Source of the DNA: Octopus vulgaris | Taxonomy: Eukaryota | Direction: 5' to 3' | DNA length: 64,000 bases | Assembly (NCBI GenBank): GCA_951406725.2 | Contig: OX597838.1 | Span: 5,270,001-5,334,000 of the forward strand | Shown: positions 1-13,680 of the stretch, piece after piece | Layout of the letters: the number at the start of each line of letters is the position of its first letter | How positions within the stretch are numbered: position 1 is the stretch's first letter | Position numbers and translations under genes: made by a program | The notes under the pieces: generated by a model | What the model was told of the DNA's origin: nothing | The model's database searches: none | Seen by the model: the letters and a program-made list of their open reading frames with translations, nothing else

Positions 1-313
1 ACATAGACTCTGCCGTACGCGGACGCACACAAACACTTTCTCATACAGATGCATGAAAGTACGCTGTTTACCTCTCCTTCTCACAGCCTCACATCGTTGT
101 TTGATTGTTGGTGTATATTAACGAGATAGCATTCGCACATATATCAAAACGCTCACGGAAAAACACTCACGCATACAAATATGAGCATAATTTGTTAAAT
201 TTCTGTGAAATATAGGAATTATTATAAGCTTGTATTGCTTCTCGTCTGTCATGCAACCGCAGGGGGAAAACGGTGTTTATATGACTGAATATATATATAT
301 ATATATATATATA

Positions 314-645
314 TTGGGTTGTCCGGAAAGTTCGTGATGTTTATAGAAGCTTACCTTTCGATTTATTTTAGAACATGGTTGAGTCCATTAAATAGGATTT
401 AGTGCACAATCCATTTAGTGCACAATTTAAGCTATCTTTACGTGGAAGAAAGTTTATGTTCCTATAACCTGTGTTAATTCTGTAAATCTTTAAAATGGAA
501 GATAAGAAAGTTCATTTTCGGCACTTGATGCTTTTCTTTTTCCGTAAAGGGAAAAATGCCTCCCAAGTAACGAAAGAAATATGCGTAGTTTACGGTGATG
601 TCTCTTTATCCGAAAGAACTGTACGGAAGTGATTCGTAAGGTCTT
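314..645 (+). mobile_element. Mariner transposon 5' remnant (TIR plus N-terminal HTH of transposase)
   Basis: TA followed by TIR-like TTGGGTTGTCCGGAAAGTT. ATG at 495 gives MEDKKVHFRHLMLFFFRKGKNASQVTKEICVVYGDVSLSERTVRK*FVR, a mariner HTH_48-type sequence with an in-frame stop, then truncates. Confidence 0.85.
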
Positions 646-1719
646 CTAACAAATGCGAAGCTTTACACAACAACCACGAAACACACGGTTTAAAAATGTG
701 GAAGGCTCGGAATTCCTATTAAAACATGTTTTAGATGACGGAGATTCCGAATATTCAAGAAATCACCTTTTCAAAATTTTAAATTCAATAGAGATATAGA
801 TATCTATATAAAGAAATAGATATGAATGACTTCCTGGGGCTAAAAACAACAGAAACAACGTCTTCTATAGGATCGCCACATTTAGTTGACATATATTTTA
901 TGAATAAACGGACATGGATAAATAAATAGACAGAAAAATAAATAAATGAATGAAAAAGTTCAAAATTTAAAATTGGAGTTGGGGTGCAATTTGAGCCCTT
1001 ATTAAACTGTATAGCTCTAATTATTAAACATGTTTGTTTCTCGTAAAATGCAGCATATTTAATTCACATTCAATTATTATTTAAAATTATATAAGGCAAA
1101 CAAAAGTAAAACGCAAATTCTTTTCACTTTAATGTTTTTGTCTGTATTTAATTTCGGTTTGCATATGTTCGTCAGTTCGCTACGATTTCTTTAAAGTAAG
1201 CAAAATCAAAAAAGTAAGTGGGGGAATGTCGGGTGAAATTAAAAAAAAATACTTTTGCATATTCGTAATCTCCGATATTTAAAATGTAGGAACCCCAACA
1301 TTTATTCTTAAAAAATGCACTTTTCAAGGAGAGGTGCAAAACTGAATTAGCTCCGGAATTTCCTATTAAGAATATTTGAGTCGTGAAATAAGCTTAATTA
1401 TTTAATTATTTAATTCACTGTCACAACTTTATTATACAACTATTTAGTTCGCTGTTTATTATTTAATTATGTTATATTGTATATCGCGACTTGCTAATAA
1501 AAAATTCCTTACATATCTAGCTAAGACGTAAAATCTGTAATTCCTATCAGTATATGAAACAATCGTAATGGGGAATAAATAATACCAATAAATTGTCCAA
1601 ATTCCTGTTTGATATACTTTGACTGCGAAAAATATTTCCAGAAATTTCAATTCTAATCGGTCCTTTGAAATTACACGACAACAGGAACGAGATACTGGAT
1701 TGAAACAATAGAATATGCA

Positions 1720-2035
1720 GACCTATCTACCTACTTATCTACCTACCTACCTACCTACCTACTTACCTACCATCCTACCTTTCTACCTACCTACCTACCT
1801 ACCTACCTACATACCTACCTACCTACCTACTTACCTACCATCCTACCTACCTACATACCTACATACCTATCTACCTACCTACTTACCTATCATCCTACAT
1901 ACCTACCTACATACATGCATACATGCATACATAACTGCCCACCTACGTATCTACATACCTTCCTACATGTCTACCTTCCTACATGTCTACCCACCTACAT
2001 AACTACCTACACACCTATCTGCCTACCTACCTGCT
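1720..2035. repeat. (ACCT)n degenerate tetranucleotide microsatellite
   Basis: Direct reading. Confidence 0.95.
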
Positions 2036-2064
2036 TATCAAATTAAGTATATATATATGCATAC

Positions 2065-2101
<37 letters not shown>

Positions 2102-2494
2102 TCCACATGTGTGTATATGTATGTATACACACACATATACATATTTATATATGTATATGTATAAACATATATATATATATACATACATAGGTATTTACAC
2201 ACACACGCACGCACGCACACACGCACACTCACACACATATATAAACACTTATGTATTGTTGGCTGTGCGTAAACACAATTATACAATATTTATGACAAAT
2301 ATAAAGTTTATATAATACTTTGACCACGTCTTCCATTCGCTTGGAGCCACAGAAAGATCATACATTCACAAAGACTCACACAACTAGTATTACAATGATA
2401 TAGGCAAACATACACACACATACACACAAAAAAACACACTCGCATGCGTAAGCACACACATACACACGTACAAACATGCACACAGATATACACA

Positions 2495-2620
2495 TACAGA
2501 GAAATTGTAGCGTTTTCGGAATTAACAGCTTTGATTTCAGGTTGGTTGTGAAATGTTCACCGAGAGATGACGGCAGTTCATAGAAGGCAGGTGCGCGAAA
2601 GATATACAAACTTTTCATTT
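2495..2620 (-). mobile_element. Possible L2/CR1-type LINE ORF2 C-terminal remnant
   Basis: Minus translation FRAPAFYELPSSLGEHFTTNLKSKL resembles the 'RAPxLWNSLPxxL...FKSKL' C-terminus of L2/CR1 RT proteins. Confidence 0.4.
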
Positions 2621-2730
2621 GTTATTTCCTGCGGTTATAGACACCGATTTTAAATAACGAATATAATAAATAAATAAGTATGCATGCATGTGTGTATATG
2701 AAATGTAGTGTATATGTACGTATGTATGTT

Positions 2731-2779
<49 letters not shown>

Positions 2780-3013
2780 TAATACATTTTTATAAATACA
2801 TTTTCGCACGCAAACACACACACACATATAAACTTTTAAAGTTGTTTGAGCTTTAATGCTGCGGTCATGCTGGGGCACCACCGTGGGCTGTGCTACACCT
2901 TCATTATTAGAAACCTCGTGTGATGTGAGGCTTTGGGTGATATGTGGCATATGTGTATATATATATATATATATATTTATACACACTTCTATACATTTTC
3001 ATTTCCATATACA

Positions 3014-3014
<1 letters not shown>

Positions 3015-3071
<57 letters not shown>

Positions 3072-3108
3072 ATTTATTTATTTATCTGCCTATCTACCTA
3101 TCTATCTA

Positions 3109-3140
<32 letters not shown>

Positions 3141-3202
3141 TTTATCTCTCCCTCTCTCTCTCTCTATCTATCTATCTAACTATCTATCTATCTATCTATT
3201 TA

Positions 3203-3261
<59 letters not shown>

Positions 3262-3337
3262 GTCTGTTTATCTATCTATCTGGCTATCTGGCTATCTACC
3301 TATCTACCTATTTGTCTGTCTATCTATCTATCTATCA

Positions 3338-3413
<76 letters not shown>

Positions 3414-3455
3414 GTCAATGTATGTATGCACTATCCATCTATCTATCTAGCTATC
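3015..3455. repeat. (ATCT)n/(CT)n compound microsatellite
   Basis: Direct reading. Confidence 0.95.
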
Positions 3456-4590
3456 TACATACATACAAACATACATACATATATACATATACACATATAA
3501 CCGTAGAAAAGCAGTTAAATAATCATATATCGTTGCGGTTATTATGAATTTGATATTGACGTATCGAATGTTTTTCCACCTGTATCTAAACCATTTACTT
3601 CCATTATAACACCTACATTAACCACTTAACCTAATCCGTCTTTCCCAAAGTGGCCATCTATATGAAACACCCTGTCTGCCTCTGCTGCTTACAATTCTTG
3701 AAACTTCGCCGGCGTTGCTTCATAGCATAGCTTACAGCAATTCGTTTGTGTTCATTTGACTGAAGACCAGTGGAAAACAAAGAAACGACTCTATTACTTC
3801 CAGAAGATAAAATCCTATCGTTTTTGGCGCTTCTTTTTATTCTCATCTACGTTTCAATTTGCGTCATTCTTTGTTAAGTATTAATTGGAATTCTAAATTT
3901 TCGTGTTTTAACCGTTCCTTCTTGCGTGATGCTTTCATTTTGTTTTTGTCTGAAGAATATTTCGGAATAATTCAATGCGTAGTCATTAATCATTAATCCT
4001 TGATTAACAAAGAGCTCGTATAAACGCATTTTATTGTCGTTTAATCTTTTTTATATTTTATTTTTTATTTTTTCCAGTCATAGAACTGCGGCCATGCTGG
4101 GGCATCACTGTAAACGATTTATATTACAGAAACCAATATATTACAGAAACCGTATATTACCGAAGCCATATATTATAGAAATCAACTTGCATATATTATG
4201 GAAACAAACTTGCATATAGCACGAATTTTTCATAGAAACCAACTTGAATATTTCGCCTTCGGTTATAAGCACGTCTATGGTTCCTGGGGGCGTTTAAGAA
4301 GCGAATACGCCCCTCAAACATTGCTTAACGATAGTATAAGTACTAGTCTCAAAACTGTAAGTCCTTGGGTGCATTTGTTCCGCATAAAATATTCATGACG
4401 GGGCTCCAGCATAGCCGTAGTCAAATGACGGGAACATGTAAAATAATAATAAGGGCAGCAATTTGCGGGAGGGACTAAGTCAATTACATCGACCCCTGTT
4501 TTCAACTTATTTTATCGACCCCTAAATCAGGAAAGGCATTGTCGACCTCGGCATAATTTGAACTCAGAACATAGTGGCAGACAAAATACC

Positions 4591-4824
4591 TATTTCTTTA
4601 CTGCCCACAAGGGTCTACACGCAGAAGGGACAAACAAGGTCAGACAAACGGATTAAGTCGATTAAATCGACCCCAGTGCGTAACTGTTACTTAATTTATC
4701 GACCCTGAGAGGATGAAAGGCAAAGTCGACCTCGGTGGAATTTGAACTCAGAACGTAGCGGCAGACGAAATACCGCTAAGCATTCTGCCCGACGTTTTAA
4801 CGATTCTGCCAGCTCGCCGCCCTT
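4591..4824 (-). mobile_element. tRNA-derived SINE group A, young copy with LINE-like tail, nested in an older group A copy (about 4442-4893)
   Basis: A box (TGGCAGAATCGTTA), B box (GAGTTCAAATTCC), central GACTTTGCCTTTCATCC..GGGTCGATAAA..AGTA domain (Meta-domain-like), tail ending CCCTTGTGGGCAGTAAAGAAATA. Flanked by a degenerate duplication GGCAGA(C/T)..AAATACC. Confidence 0.9.
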
Positions 4825-4959
4825 AGTAACGGCAGATGAAATACCGCTAAGCATTTCCCTCCTCGTGCTAATAATTCTGACAGCTCGCTGCCTTTGTGAT
4901 GATAATAATAATAATGATAATAATGATAATAATGATAATAATAATGATAATAATGAAGT

Positions 4960-5188
4960 GGCGGCGAGCTGGCAGATTCGTTAGCACGCCGGGCGAAATG
5001 CTTATCGGTATTTCGTCTGCCGCTACGTTCTGAGTTCAAATTCCGCCGAGGTCGACTTTGCCTTTCATCCTTTCGGGGTCGATTAAATAATTACCAGTTA
5101 CGTACTGGGGTCGATATAATCGTCTAAATCTGTTTGTCTGTCATTGTTTGTCCTCTCTGTGTTTAGCCCCTTGTGGGTAGTAAAGAAA
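4960..5188 (+). mobile_element. SINE group A, full length, head-to-head with the 4591-4824 copy
   Basis: Same head, central domain and tail, set in (ATA/ATG)n. Confidence 0.9.
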
Positions 5189-5839
5189 GAAATGATAATA
5201 ATGATAATGAAAATATTGAAAATACTGATAAGAATGATGATATTTGTGTTGGTTTTAACGCAATATAACAATAATATTTATCTCTATTAATTAACAACTT
5301 AGATGGGATGTGGAGTGTATTGTATTAGTATCATATTGTATCGTAAAAATGCATATTCTCTTCGCAGGCTCTTTAGGGATGTATGAGATATCCGAGATAC
5401 TGATTACTTCCAAAATATAGATTTAGGATTAAAAAAGAAAACAAAAAAAAACAATGCTTCACACCAGAATATTGATTAAATTAAATGACAGTACTTGAAG
5501 GAAATCTGATAATATGGTTTATAGTTTATACAGATTATTTGTTACTAATGCTGTTATGGGCCCGAAACGGATTTTAATACGGAAAAATATTTTGAAAAAA
5601 AAAAAAAAACAACAAAAAATAAAAATTATGGTGTGTTTTAATTGAAATGAGTTTTGTGTCACGTTTTCATTTCTGTTCTAATGACGTCTCTCTCGTCCTC
5701 CCTCCATGCCTCCCCCCTCTCACACGCACACACTACTCTACTATCCCTCTCACGCATATATTAATGTTTTGCGTGTTTGAGTCTAATATGCATACATAAG
5801 AACCTGCAATGGATTTGTATATGATACATATCTGCAAGC

Positions 5840-5909
<70 letters not shown>

Positions 5910-6034
5910 GTAAATTTCTTTATATAGATGTAGATGCATATAGGCATGTATATTCATACAAACACATATACATTCATATATATATATATATAAGTCTTTC
6001 CTTGTTTGTTTTGCAAAATAGTGGTTTTGTCTCT

Positions 6035-6077
<43 letters not shown>

Positions 6078-6904
6078 TATATTTATATGCATATATATAT
6101 ACTTAAATATTTATATATATGTATTTACACATTTATATATATCTATATATGTAAATATATGTATATATATATATATATAGTTATGTTACTATATCTATAT
6201 ATCTATATACGTGTGAAAAAAATATCTGTCTACGTGTCTGTTTGTACGTGTGTAAGTGCGTGTGTGTGTGTTTGTCCAGTTTTCTATTGTTATACGCGGA
6301 ATATTTGATGAAAATCTCTGGAGACTGTTTTTTACAGTTAAGAACAGAAGTAATTAAGATATAAATAATTAAAAAGAAAATCAAAGTATAAACTATACAC
6401 ACCATAGTCAACATTATCATCACTCCCAACATCGTCATCGTCAGCATCATCGTCTTCATCATCATCATCACCAACAGCAATAGGGATATCAGAAGTTTAT
6501 ACTACAGTGGAAACTAAAATTAAGAAAAAAATAATTAAAGAAAATGTAAAAAAATAAGGGAACGAAAAACATTATTCCGAGTATTTGGGGGAAAATGAAT
6601 TATGGAACAAAATGACAAAGGCAAATCAACGCGAAAAAGAAGAATCTAAACAACTTTCATTGGAAAGAATTCGAGAATATAATAACAAATTTATAAAGCG
6701 AATAAAAATACACATACACACACACACACAAATACACATACACGCACACACACACACACAAATATATATATGTATATTAAATATTTTATTGATAAATACA
6801 CACACACATATATATATATAGGTGTGTGTATGGATATATGTATACATTACCCTATACATATGTGCGTATTTCATATGTGCTTATGTGTATATATATATGT
6901 GTGC

Positions 6905-6948
<44 letters not shown>

Positions 6949-7091
6949 ACGCATCACACGGCAGCACAAGTACAATAGTAATAACAATTATAAACATGAT
7001 TGCATATATATATAGATATAGATATATATATATACATGCACACATAGATATACATATGTATGTGTGTATGTATGTATATATATATATATAT

Positions 7092-7182
<91 letters not shown>

Positions 7183-7734
7183 TATATTTATATACCATAG
7201 TCAATATATATACATATATACACGTTCATGTATGTATGCAAATATGTATATGTATATAAATGTATATATATATATGTATATGCATTATTTACAAAATCCA
7301 TTCGATTCTTGATTACAAAACATAAAGCTAATCATACTACACGTTGTTCATGAAACGCTCATGCAGGCGCACAGACATACAGACTCACGCATACATTGAC
7401 AGGCATACAAATATGTGTGAATGCTGCGTATATATCTTTACTCTTGCTTGCTTTTGTGTGTTCGTAGAGGTTACTGCTTGTTTATATGCGTGAGTGTGTG
7501 TGTGTGTGTGTTTTGTGCGTGTGACTGTTTATATGTGTGTGCGTGTGTAATTATGACATTTCGGGCTCTTCCGTTTATTTCCTGCTTCTATTAATTGTAA
7601 ATTGCTCATTGAAACAGCGTTTTATTAAATATTCTCTATGATTCAATTAGCAATCATCAAAACATTCATTTATTTCTCATGATCCGTTGTTTAATAGCCA
7701 CAGTTGCAATGAAATCCTTTTGATTTTTATTTAA

Positions 7735-8300
7735 ACAATGATAAAAATGATAAATCACTCTATTTGCTATAGCAAAGGCTATGCACCCAGCTTCCAGTAA
7801 TAAAATTCTATTTAAGCTCGCTATTCATTTTGTAAACACTATTTGGAATGTTTTTGTCTGTTAGTCAGAGGAATGGTAGTGCTCCAGGCTATTTTCAATG
7901 TATCCTTGATTGGTAGAAACAGCGGATGAATTTATTTTCTAACAAGGGAGCTGACCTAAATGTTGAGAAAAAAAACCCTGCTTACGGCTCTAAAGGTGGT
8001 AGTGTTTTATCTTAGGGCCGGATTACATCTACGAAACAAGAATTTGAGTAAGTATTTGCACGAAATACGAAGTTGCTTCGCTCTAGAAATTTACATCGGT
8101 CATTTAGAAGCTATAATATAAGGTACTTTTTTAATTCTGCGGTGCCGGACCTGAAGATCGAAATTAAAATGATGGTACAGGAAGGAAGTATTTAAACTGA
8201 AAGCCAATCGTCCTTCACTGGGAAAAGACGAGTATGATTTCCATTTAGTATAGCAACGATCTAGCATGGCCTTGTTCCTGCTGGATAAAACAAATTAGAG
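7735..8300 (+). pseudogene. Highly decayed ankyrin-repeat coding remnant
   Basis: Frameshifted fragments: LFSNKGADLNVEKKN (about 7932), GHLEAI/KVLF*FCGAGPEDRN*NDGT (about 8098-8180), MALFLLDK (about 8266). Many stops, no introns. Confidence 0.45.
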
Positions 8301-8874
8301 AAATATATTTTGCAGTAAGGGCTGTGGGACTTTACAATACGTCTATTAAAAGAAAACAAAATGTAGACATTCGTTTATGAGGCTTTGTGACAATTTCTCT
8401 GCAGACGGCATGATCGATTGAAATATTTGACGATAGCTTATCCTTCTATTCAAATATGATCATGACAAGGAGGTGGAACTGGAGGAGGAAGGGAAGGGGG
8501 AGAAGGAGGAGAAAGTGAAGGTGGAGGTGGAGGAGGAGGATCAAGAGCGAGGACTGACATTAAACGAACTTAATATTCCATAACATTGATAATGTATTTC
8601 CTAGGTAGACTGTGGCTCTCATTAATTCTGATCTTAACTCAGTAGATGTGCGATCGTGGAAATGGTGTAAAAGTCTTGCTTGAAACGTTGGTCTAGAGCA
8701 AATGTTCTGATCAATACCACAGATTTGCTTCTCGGTTGCATGATCTTAGCGAGTTGAGCTTGTTGATGATGGTGATGATGATGATGATGATGGTGGTGGT
8801 GATGATGATGATGTTGATGATGATGATTATGAGGATGATAAAGATGATGATGATGATGATGAGGATGATGATTT

Positions 8875-9060
8875 AAAGTTTTGGCACAAGGCTAGCAAAT
8901 ATGGGAGGGAGGTGTAAGTCAACTGGCACTTATTTTCATCACCCTCGAACGGATGAAATGCAAAGTTGACCTCGGCAGAATTTGAACTGAGAAAGGCGAA
9001 GGCGGAAGAAAAATTTGTAAGCTTTTCGCTCGGCATACTAACGATTCTGTCAGCTCATCA
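8875..9060 (-). mobile_element. SINE group A, old copy with short 'CCTTGTGCC' tail
   Basis: Diverged B box and central domain, between (GAT)n tracts. Confidence 0.75.
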
Positions 9061-10084
9061 TCTTGATCTTTATTAGGATAATGTCGATGACGATTACGAT
9101 GATGATGACGATGATGATGACGATGATGATGACGATGATGATGATGATGATGATGATGATGACGATGATGATGTTGATGATGATGGTAATGGTTTTGTTC
9201 TAATCTTTGTACATAGCCACCACCACGACCATCTCCGCCATTAACACACCACCTCCACAACCACCACTACCATTTCAAACATCACCACCATTTTCACCAC
9301 AACTGCCACCATCACAACCACCACCACCACCACCACCACCACCACCACCACAACAACAACAACAACCACAACAACAACAACAAAAGCAAGAACAGTAACA
9401 TTAACAAAAATATCAATCTATAAATGAAAATATAACGAAAAGACAAAAGAAGATTCTAAGATGAAACCATATATGGGAGGACAGCATCACTTCGTAGCTT
9501 AGCAACAGAGATGGTAGCGCAATTGTCTGTTGGTTGTCATCTTGCTTTAGAAATTGTTGCTATCAGAAAATTGAAATTTAACCTACACACCCAAACATAT
9601 ATACACATGTATACATACCTGCTGAAGAAATTTCCATCTCTTTCAGGCACTTGGCTTTTGGTATGTGAATAAACACTTTAGTCTGTGGCAACTGCAGGTG
9701 CTGTATCGCACTCTATACCTGTATTATATTGTAGAGGAAATGGTAAAGCTTGATGCTTCTATTCAACAAACTTAATTATATTTCTGCTTCCACGAATCGT
9801 GCTTATCGAAGAAATGAAAAGCATTTAAAGTTCTCAATAATTTATCGGCGTTTGAAGATTTTGGGCTTAATTTACTATTACTCTGTCTGACATGCACGTC
9901 CAAACTTTTTCGTATGTAAACACATACCTATGTAGTTACATTCAACCGCACTTAATTACATAAACATACACACGCGCACACACACACATATATATATATA
10001 CATACATAAAACCAAAATACAACAATGAATATATATATATACATATATGTAACATAAACACATATTCACATATCTATCTATCTA

Positions 10085-10124
<40 letters not shown>

Positions 10125-10134
10125 TTATCTATCT

Positions 10135-10533
10135 AAATGTGGTAACATATAACAATATTGACCGAGGTTACCGTGGTCTTTTTCGTAGGCTTTTCCTCCC
10201 ACGGATAAACCTTGTCTGCTTCTCCCTTTACACCGTACATCATGACACTGTAATCCACGATCCCTATTGATCGTTTTTTTCCTCTTCCCCTTTTTTTCCC
10301 CATTTTTCTTCTTTTTTCCCTTTTCTTTTCTTTTGTTTCTTTTCCTTTTTCTCCTTTTTCCCTTTTTTCCCCTTTTACGATCCCTTTTGATCGAAAACCT
10401 ACGACACGTTTTTTTCCTTTTTGTTCCTTTTGTTTTTTGTTTTTTTTTTGTTTTTTTTACATCCCCCAAAAGAAAAGCTCTACCTTGTAATTTGTACCAT
10501 CTGTGTGCAGCCCTGTGTGGCCAATAAATAAAC
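10135..10533 (+). mobile_element. 3' UTR fragment of a LINE (probably Tx1/L1 clade) in (ATCT)n
   Basis: Homologous to 52977-53278 (ACCGAGGTTACCGTGGTC...GATCCCTTTTGATCGAAA...CTGTGTGCAGCCCTGTGTGG.AATAAA). Shared 3' end, different 5' truncation, TATC repeats on both sides. Confidence 0.7.
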
Positions 10534-10540
10534 TTATCTA

Positions 10541-10589
<49 letters not shown>

Positions 10590-10651
10590 CTATATATGTA
10601 TACTCAGAACGTGAAGACGGACCAACACACACACACAGGCGCACATATATA

Positions 10652-10685
<34 letters not shown>

Positions 10686-11218
10686 TGTGTGTGTGTGTGT
10701 TGGTGTGAACGTGCGTGTACGTGTTTGTACGTGTGTGCATATATCATTCTATTACTTAGATAAGGTATCCAGCATAATTTGACAAAAGCCCAAACATACC
10801 TTCCAGGAGAAAGTTAATTTCGATATTTAGTACACGTAGAAATAAAACGAAAATTAAGCAAATACCTCTAGAAGATAAGAGACAGTTTATACTATATACG
10901 AGTCAAACATTTGTTTAAAGCTATATTATAACAAGAACGGACACTTGAAGCAACTTAACTATTAAGGAAATATATAGCTATAAAATTATGTTATGTGATA
11001 CCAGGCTTTGTTCAATAAACGCAAAACATACGTTAAGCCAAAGGATATGTTGTACTTTATTTCCATTCTGAATGACTGCAAAAATCGAGATCAACATTTT
11101 CTAGTAAGAATTTGTTAAGCAATATTCGTATAAAATGTTAGTACAAGGCCAATAACTTTGTAGGAAATGATTAAATCGATTACATCGCCCCAGTGTTCAG
11201 CCGGTACTTACTTTATTG

Positions 11219-11452
11219 TAAGGCGGCGAGCTGGCAGACACGTTAGCGCGCCGGGCAAAATGCTTAGCGGTATTTCGTCTGTTGTTACGTTCTGAGTTCA
11301 AATTCCGCCGAGGTCGACTTTGCCTTGCATCCTCTCGGGGTCGATAAATAAAGTACCAGTTACGCACTGGGGTCGATGTAATCGACTTAATACCTATGAC
11401 TGTCATTGTTTGTCCCCTCTATGTTTAGCCCCTTGTGGGTAATAAAGAAATA
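11219..11452 (+). mobile_element. SINE group A young copy with a perfect 16-bp TSD, inside an antisense older group A copy (about 11140-11590)
   Basis: GGTACTTACTTTATTG at 11203-11218 and 11453-11468. Confidence 0.95.
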
Positions 11453-12009
11453 GGTACTTACTTTATTGACCCCGAAAATATGAAAGGCCCCGAAAATATG
11501 AAATTGGACCACGGCGGAATTTGAACTCAGGACGTGAAGACGGACAAGGTTCTGCTACCCGACGTGCTAACGACTTTGTCAGCTCGGAGCCGTAGTATCT
11601 GTAATTATATTATCAGTAGGAATCGGCTGTTACTTGACTTCCAGGAATAGATTAGTTGCAAATTTATTCATTATCGATTTTAATAAGTTTAAATAGTAAG
11701 AATTACATTGAGTTTTCCAAATTTAACTTCGCCGAATATTATCTCGAAATCTCTTCTCGTCAACGGCATAAAACTCGTCAAGAAATGTAGACAATATAGA
11801 TGAATATGTTGTTGAGTAGGTAAATAAATCTTTTCTCTTCACAGCTCATATGAAAGTAGAAATATGAGAACTGCTGTGGTTTCCTCCGAAGCCATTAAGC
11901 TCTGACTTGGTTAAACACACATATGGAAATATGTTAAACATATACCTGAATAAGTATACACAAAGAGAATAATGCACAACAAATGATATTAGCTAATATA
12001 AGCATCAAC

Positions 12010-12220
12010 CAAGACGGCTCACTTGTAGAATTGCTAGTACACCGGACGAAATGCATAGCGGAATTTCGACTTCCTGCCGTTCTGAGTTCAAATTCCGTCG
12101 AGATTGACTTTGTCTTTCATCCTTTCGCAGCCGATCAAATAAGTACCAGTTGATTACTGGGCTCGATATAATCGATTTACCGCCACCCCCACACACACAC
12201 GAAACTGCACATCTTGTGTC
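12010..12220 (+). mobile_element. SINE group A, old copy
   Basis: B box GAGTTCAAATTCC and central domain. Confidence 0.75.
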
Positions 12221-12774
12221 AAGCACGAATCTCTCATCGCTTTGTAAGTAGTGACGCAATTTCGTTAACACTTCCACAGTTAGCTATTTGTATGAAAATA
12301 GTTACTCTAACATTGGTAGCAACATCTAATAATAAATATTCTCCCCTAAATCGCCACAGCATCTAATTATTCAATTGATGTATACATGAAGAGAATTATA
12401 TTCAAAAAGCAAATAAATAAACCGTAACTACTAGAATTATATGTTATCTTAAGACGATTAACACTACATGCCTTAAACATTTCTCCCATTCTGAAACAAT
12501 TAAGCGAATAATTTTGAACCAAAATTTCCTTCCAACAAACTAGAAGAAACTTCTTAAGTCATATGTAACTCTATCGGAAAGTTTATATAAAGAATGACTC
12601 TTCACTCTTGTATCGGTCTTCATAAATATAATTAATAATATTAGAAAGTGAAATATCAAAAGACATTTTGTATTCGCAAACTTTATTGTCTTTATTTATA
12701 AAATGGTCGCCCCTAGCCACAGATATTTTCTTAAACTCAATTGCTTTTTTATATCTATGTCTACGTAACAAATC

Positions 12775-12795
12775 CATCTATCTATCTATCCATCC

Positions 12796-12889
<94 letters not shown>

Positions 12890-12892
12890 GTC

Positions 12893-12927
<35 letters not shown>

Positions 12928-12980
12928 GTCTATCTATCTATCTATCTATGTATCTATGTATCTATCTATCTATCTATCTC

Positions 12981-13037
<57 letters not shown>

Positions 13038-13065
13038 TTATCTATCTATCTAACTATCTATCTAT
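12775..13065. repeat. (ATCT)n microsatellite
   Basis: Direct reading. Confidence 0.95.
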
Positions 13066-13340
13066 ATATCTATATTTCTCTCTTTACACACACACACATA
13101 TATATATCGACTTATCTACCTCTCTCTTTCATTTTTCTCTGTCTCTCTCAATCCCGTTATTAGAATTGGTTTAATCCAAAATTCTTACGCGATGGCTACC
13201 TGAGATCGAAACGATAGGTCTGCAATATGCTATACGTATGTACATATACATCTATAAATATACAAAAATACATACACAAGTACACATACACATATGTAAA
13301 TATACGTACGTTTATACGGTAGCCTTAAACACAATGTTAA

Positions 13341-13680
13341 AACGATAAACGTCTCCCTTTTCAAGCCTAGCCAGGCTCATGGGGCCGGTTTCCCGGTTTC
13401 TGTGGCGTATGTGTTCCCCCCTCTCGCCCCAGCTAGAAGGGACGGCAGTCCATCGCAGCATTACTCAAGAAACAGGAAGAGAGTGTGAGAGAAAGTTGTG
13501 GCGATAGAGTACAACAGGGGTCACCACCACCAGAAATATACTAGCCCTATCCTGCCAGGGCCTCGTGGAGCCTTTAGATATTTTCGCTCAATAAACACAC
13601 ACAACGCCCGGTCTGGGAATCAAAACCGCGATCCTCTGACCGCGAGTCCGTTGCCCTAACCATTGGGTCATTGCGCCTCC
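13341..13680 (-). mobile_element. tRNA-derived SINE group C (head C plus tail X)
   Basis: Head GGAGGCGCAATGACCCAATGGTTAGGGCAACGGACTCGCGG. Tail GAAACCGGGAAACCGGCCCCATGAGCCTGGCTAGG. AAACACAAT duplicated on both flanks. Confidence 0.88.

Noticed and set aside
960-1712. Possible minus-strand Helitron-like non-autonomous element
   Set aside because: Internal motifs are suggestive but the termini and hairpin could not be defined
3658-3846. 62-aa minus-strand ORF in unique DNA
   Set aside because: No recognisable domain and no convincing splice context
4120-4250. Regularly spaced TATATTA..GAAAC repeats, superficially CRISPR-like
   Set aside because: Degenerate minisatellite without unique spacers, in a eukaryotic context with no cas genes
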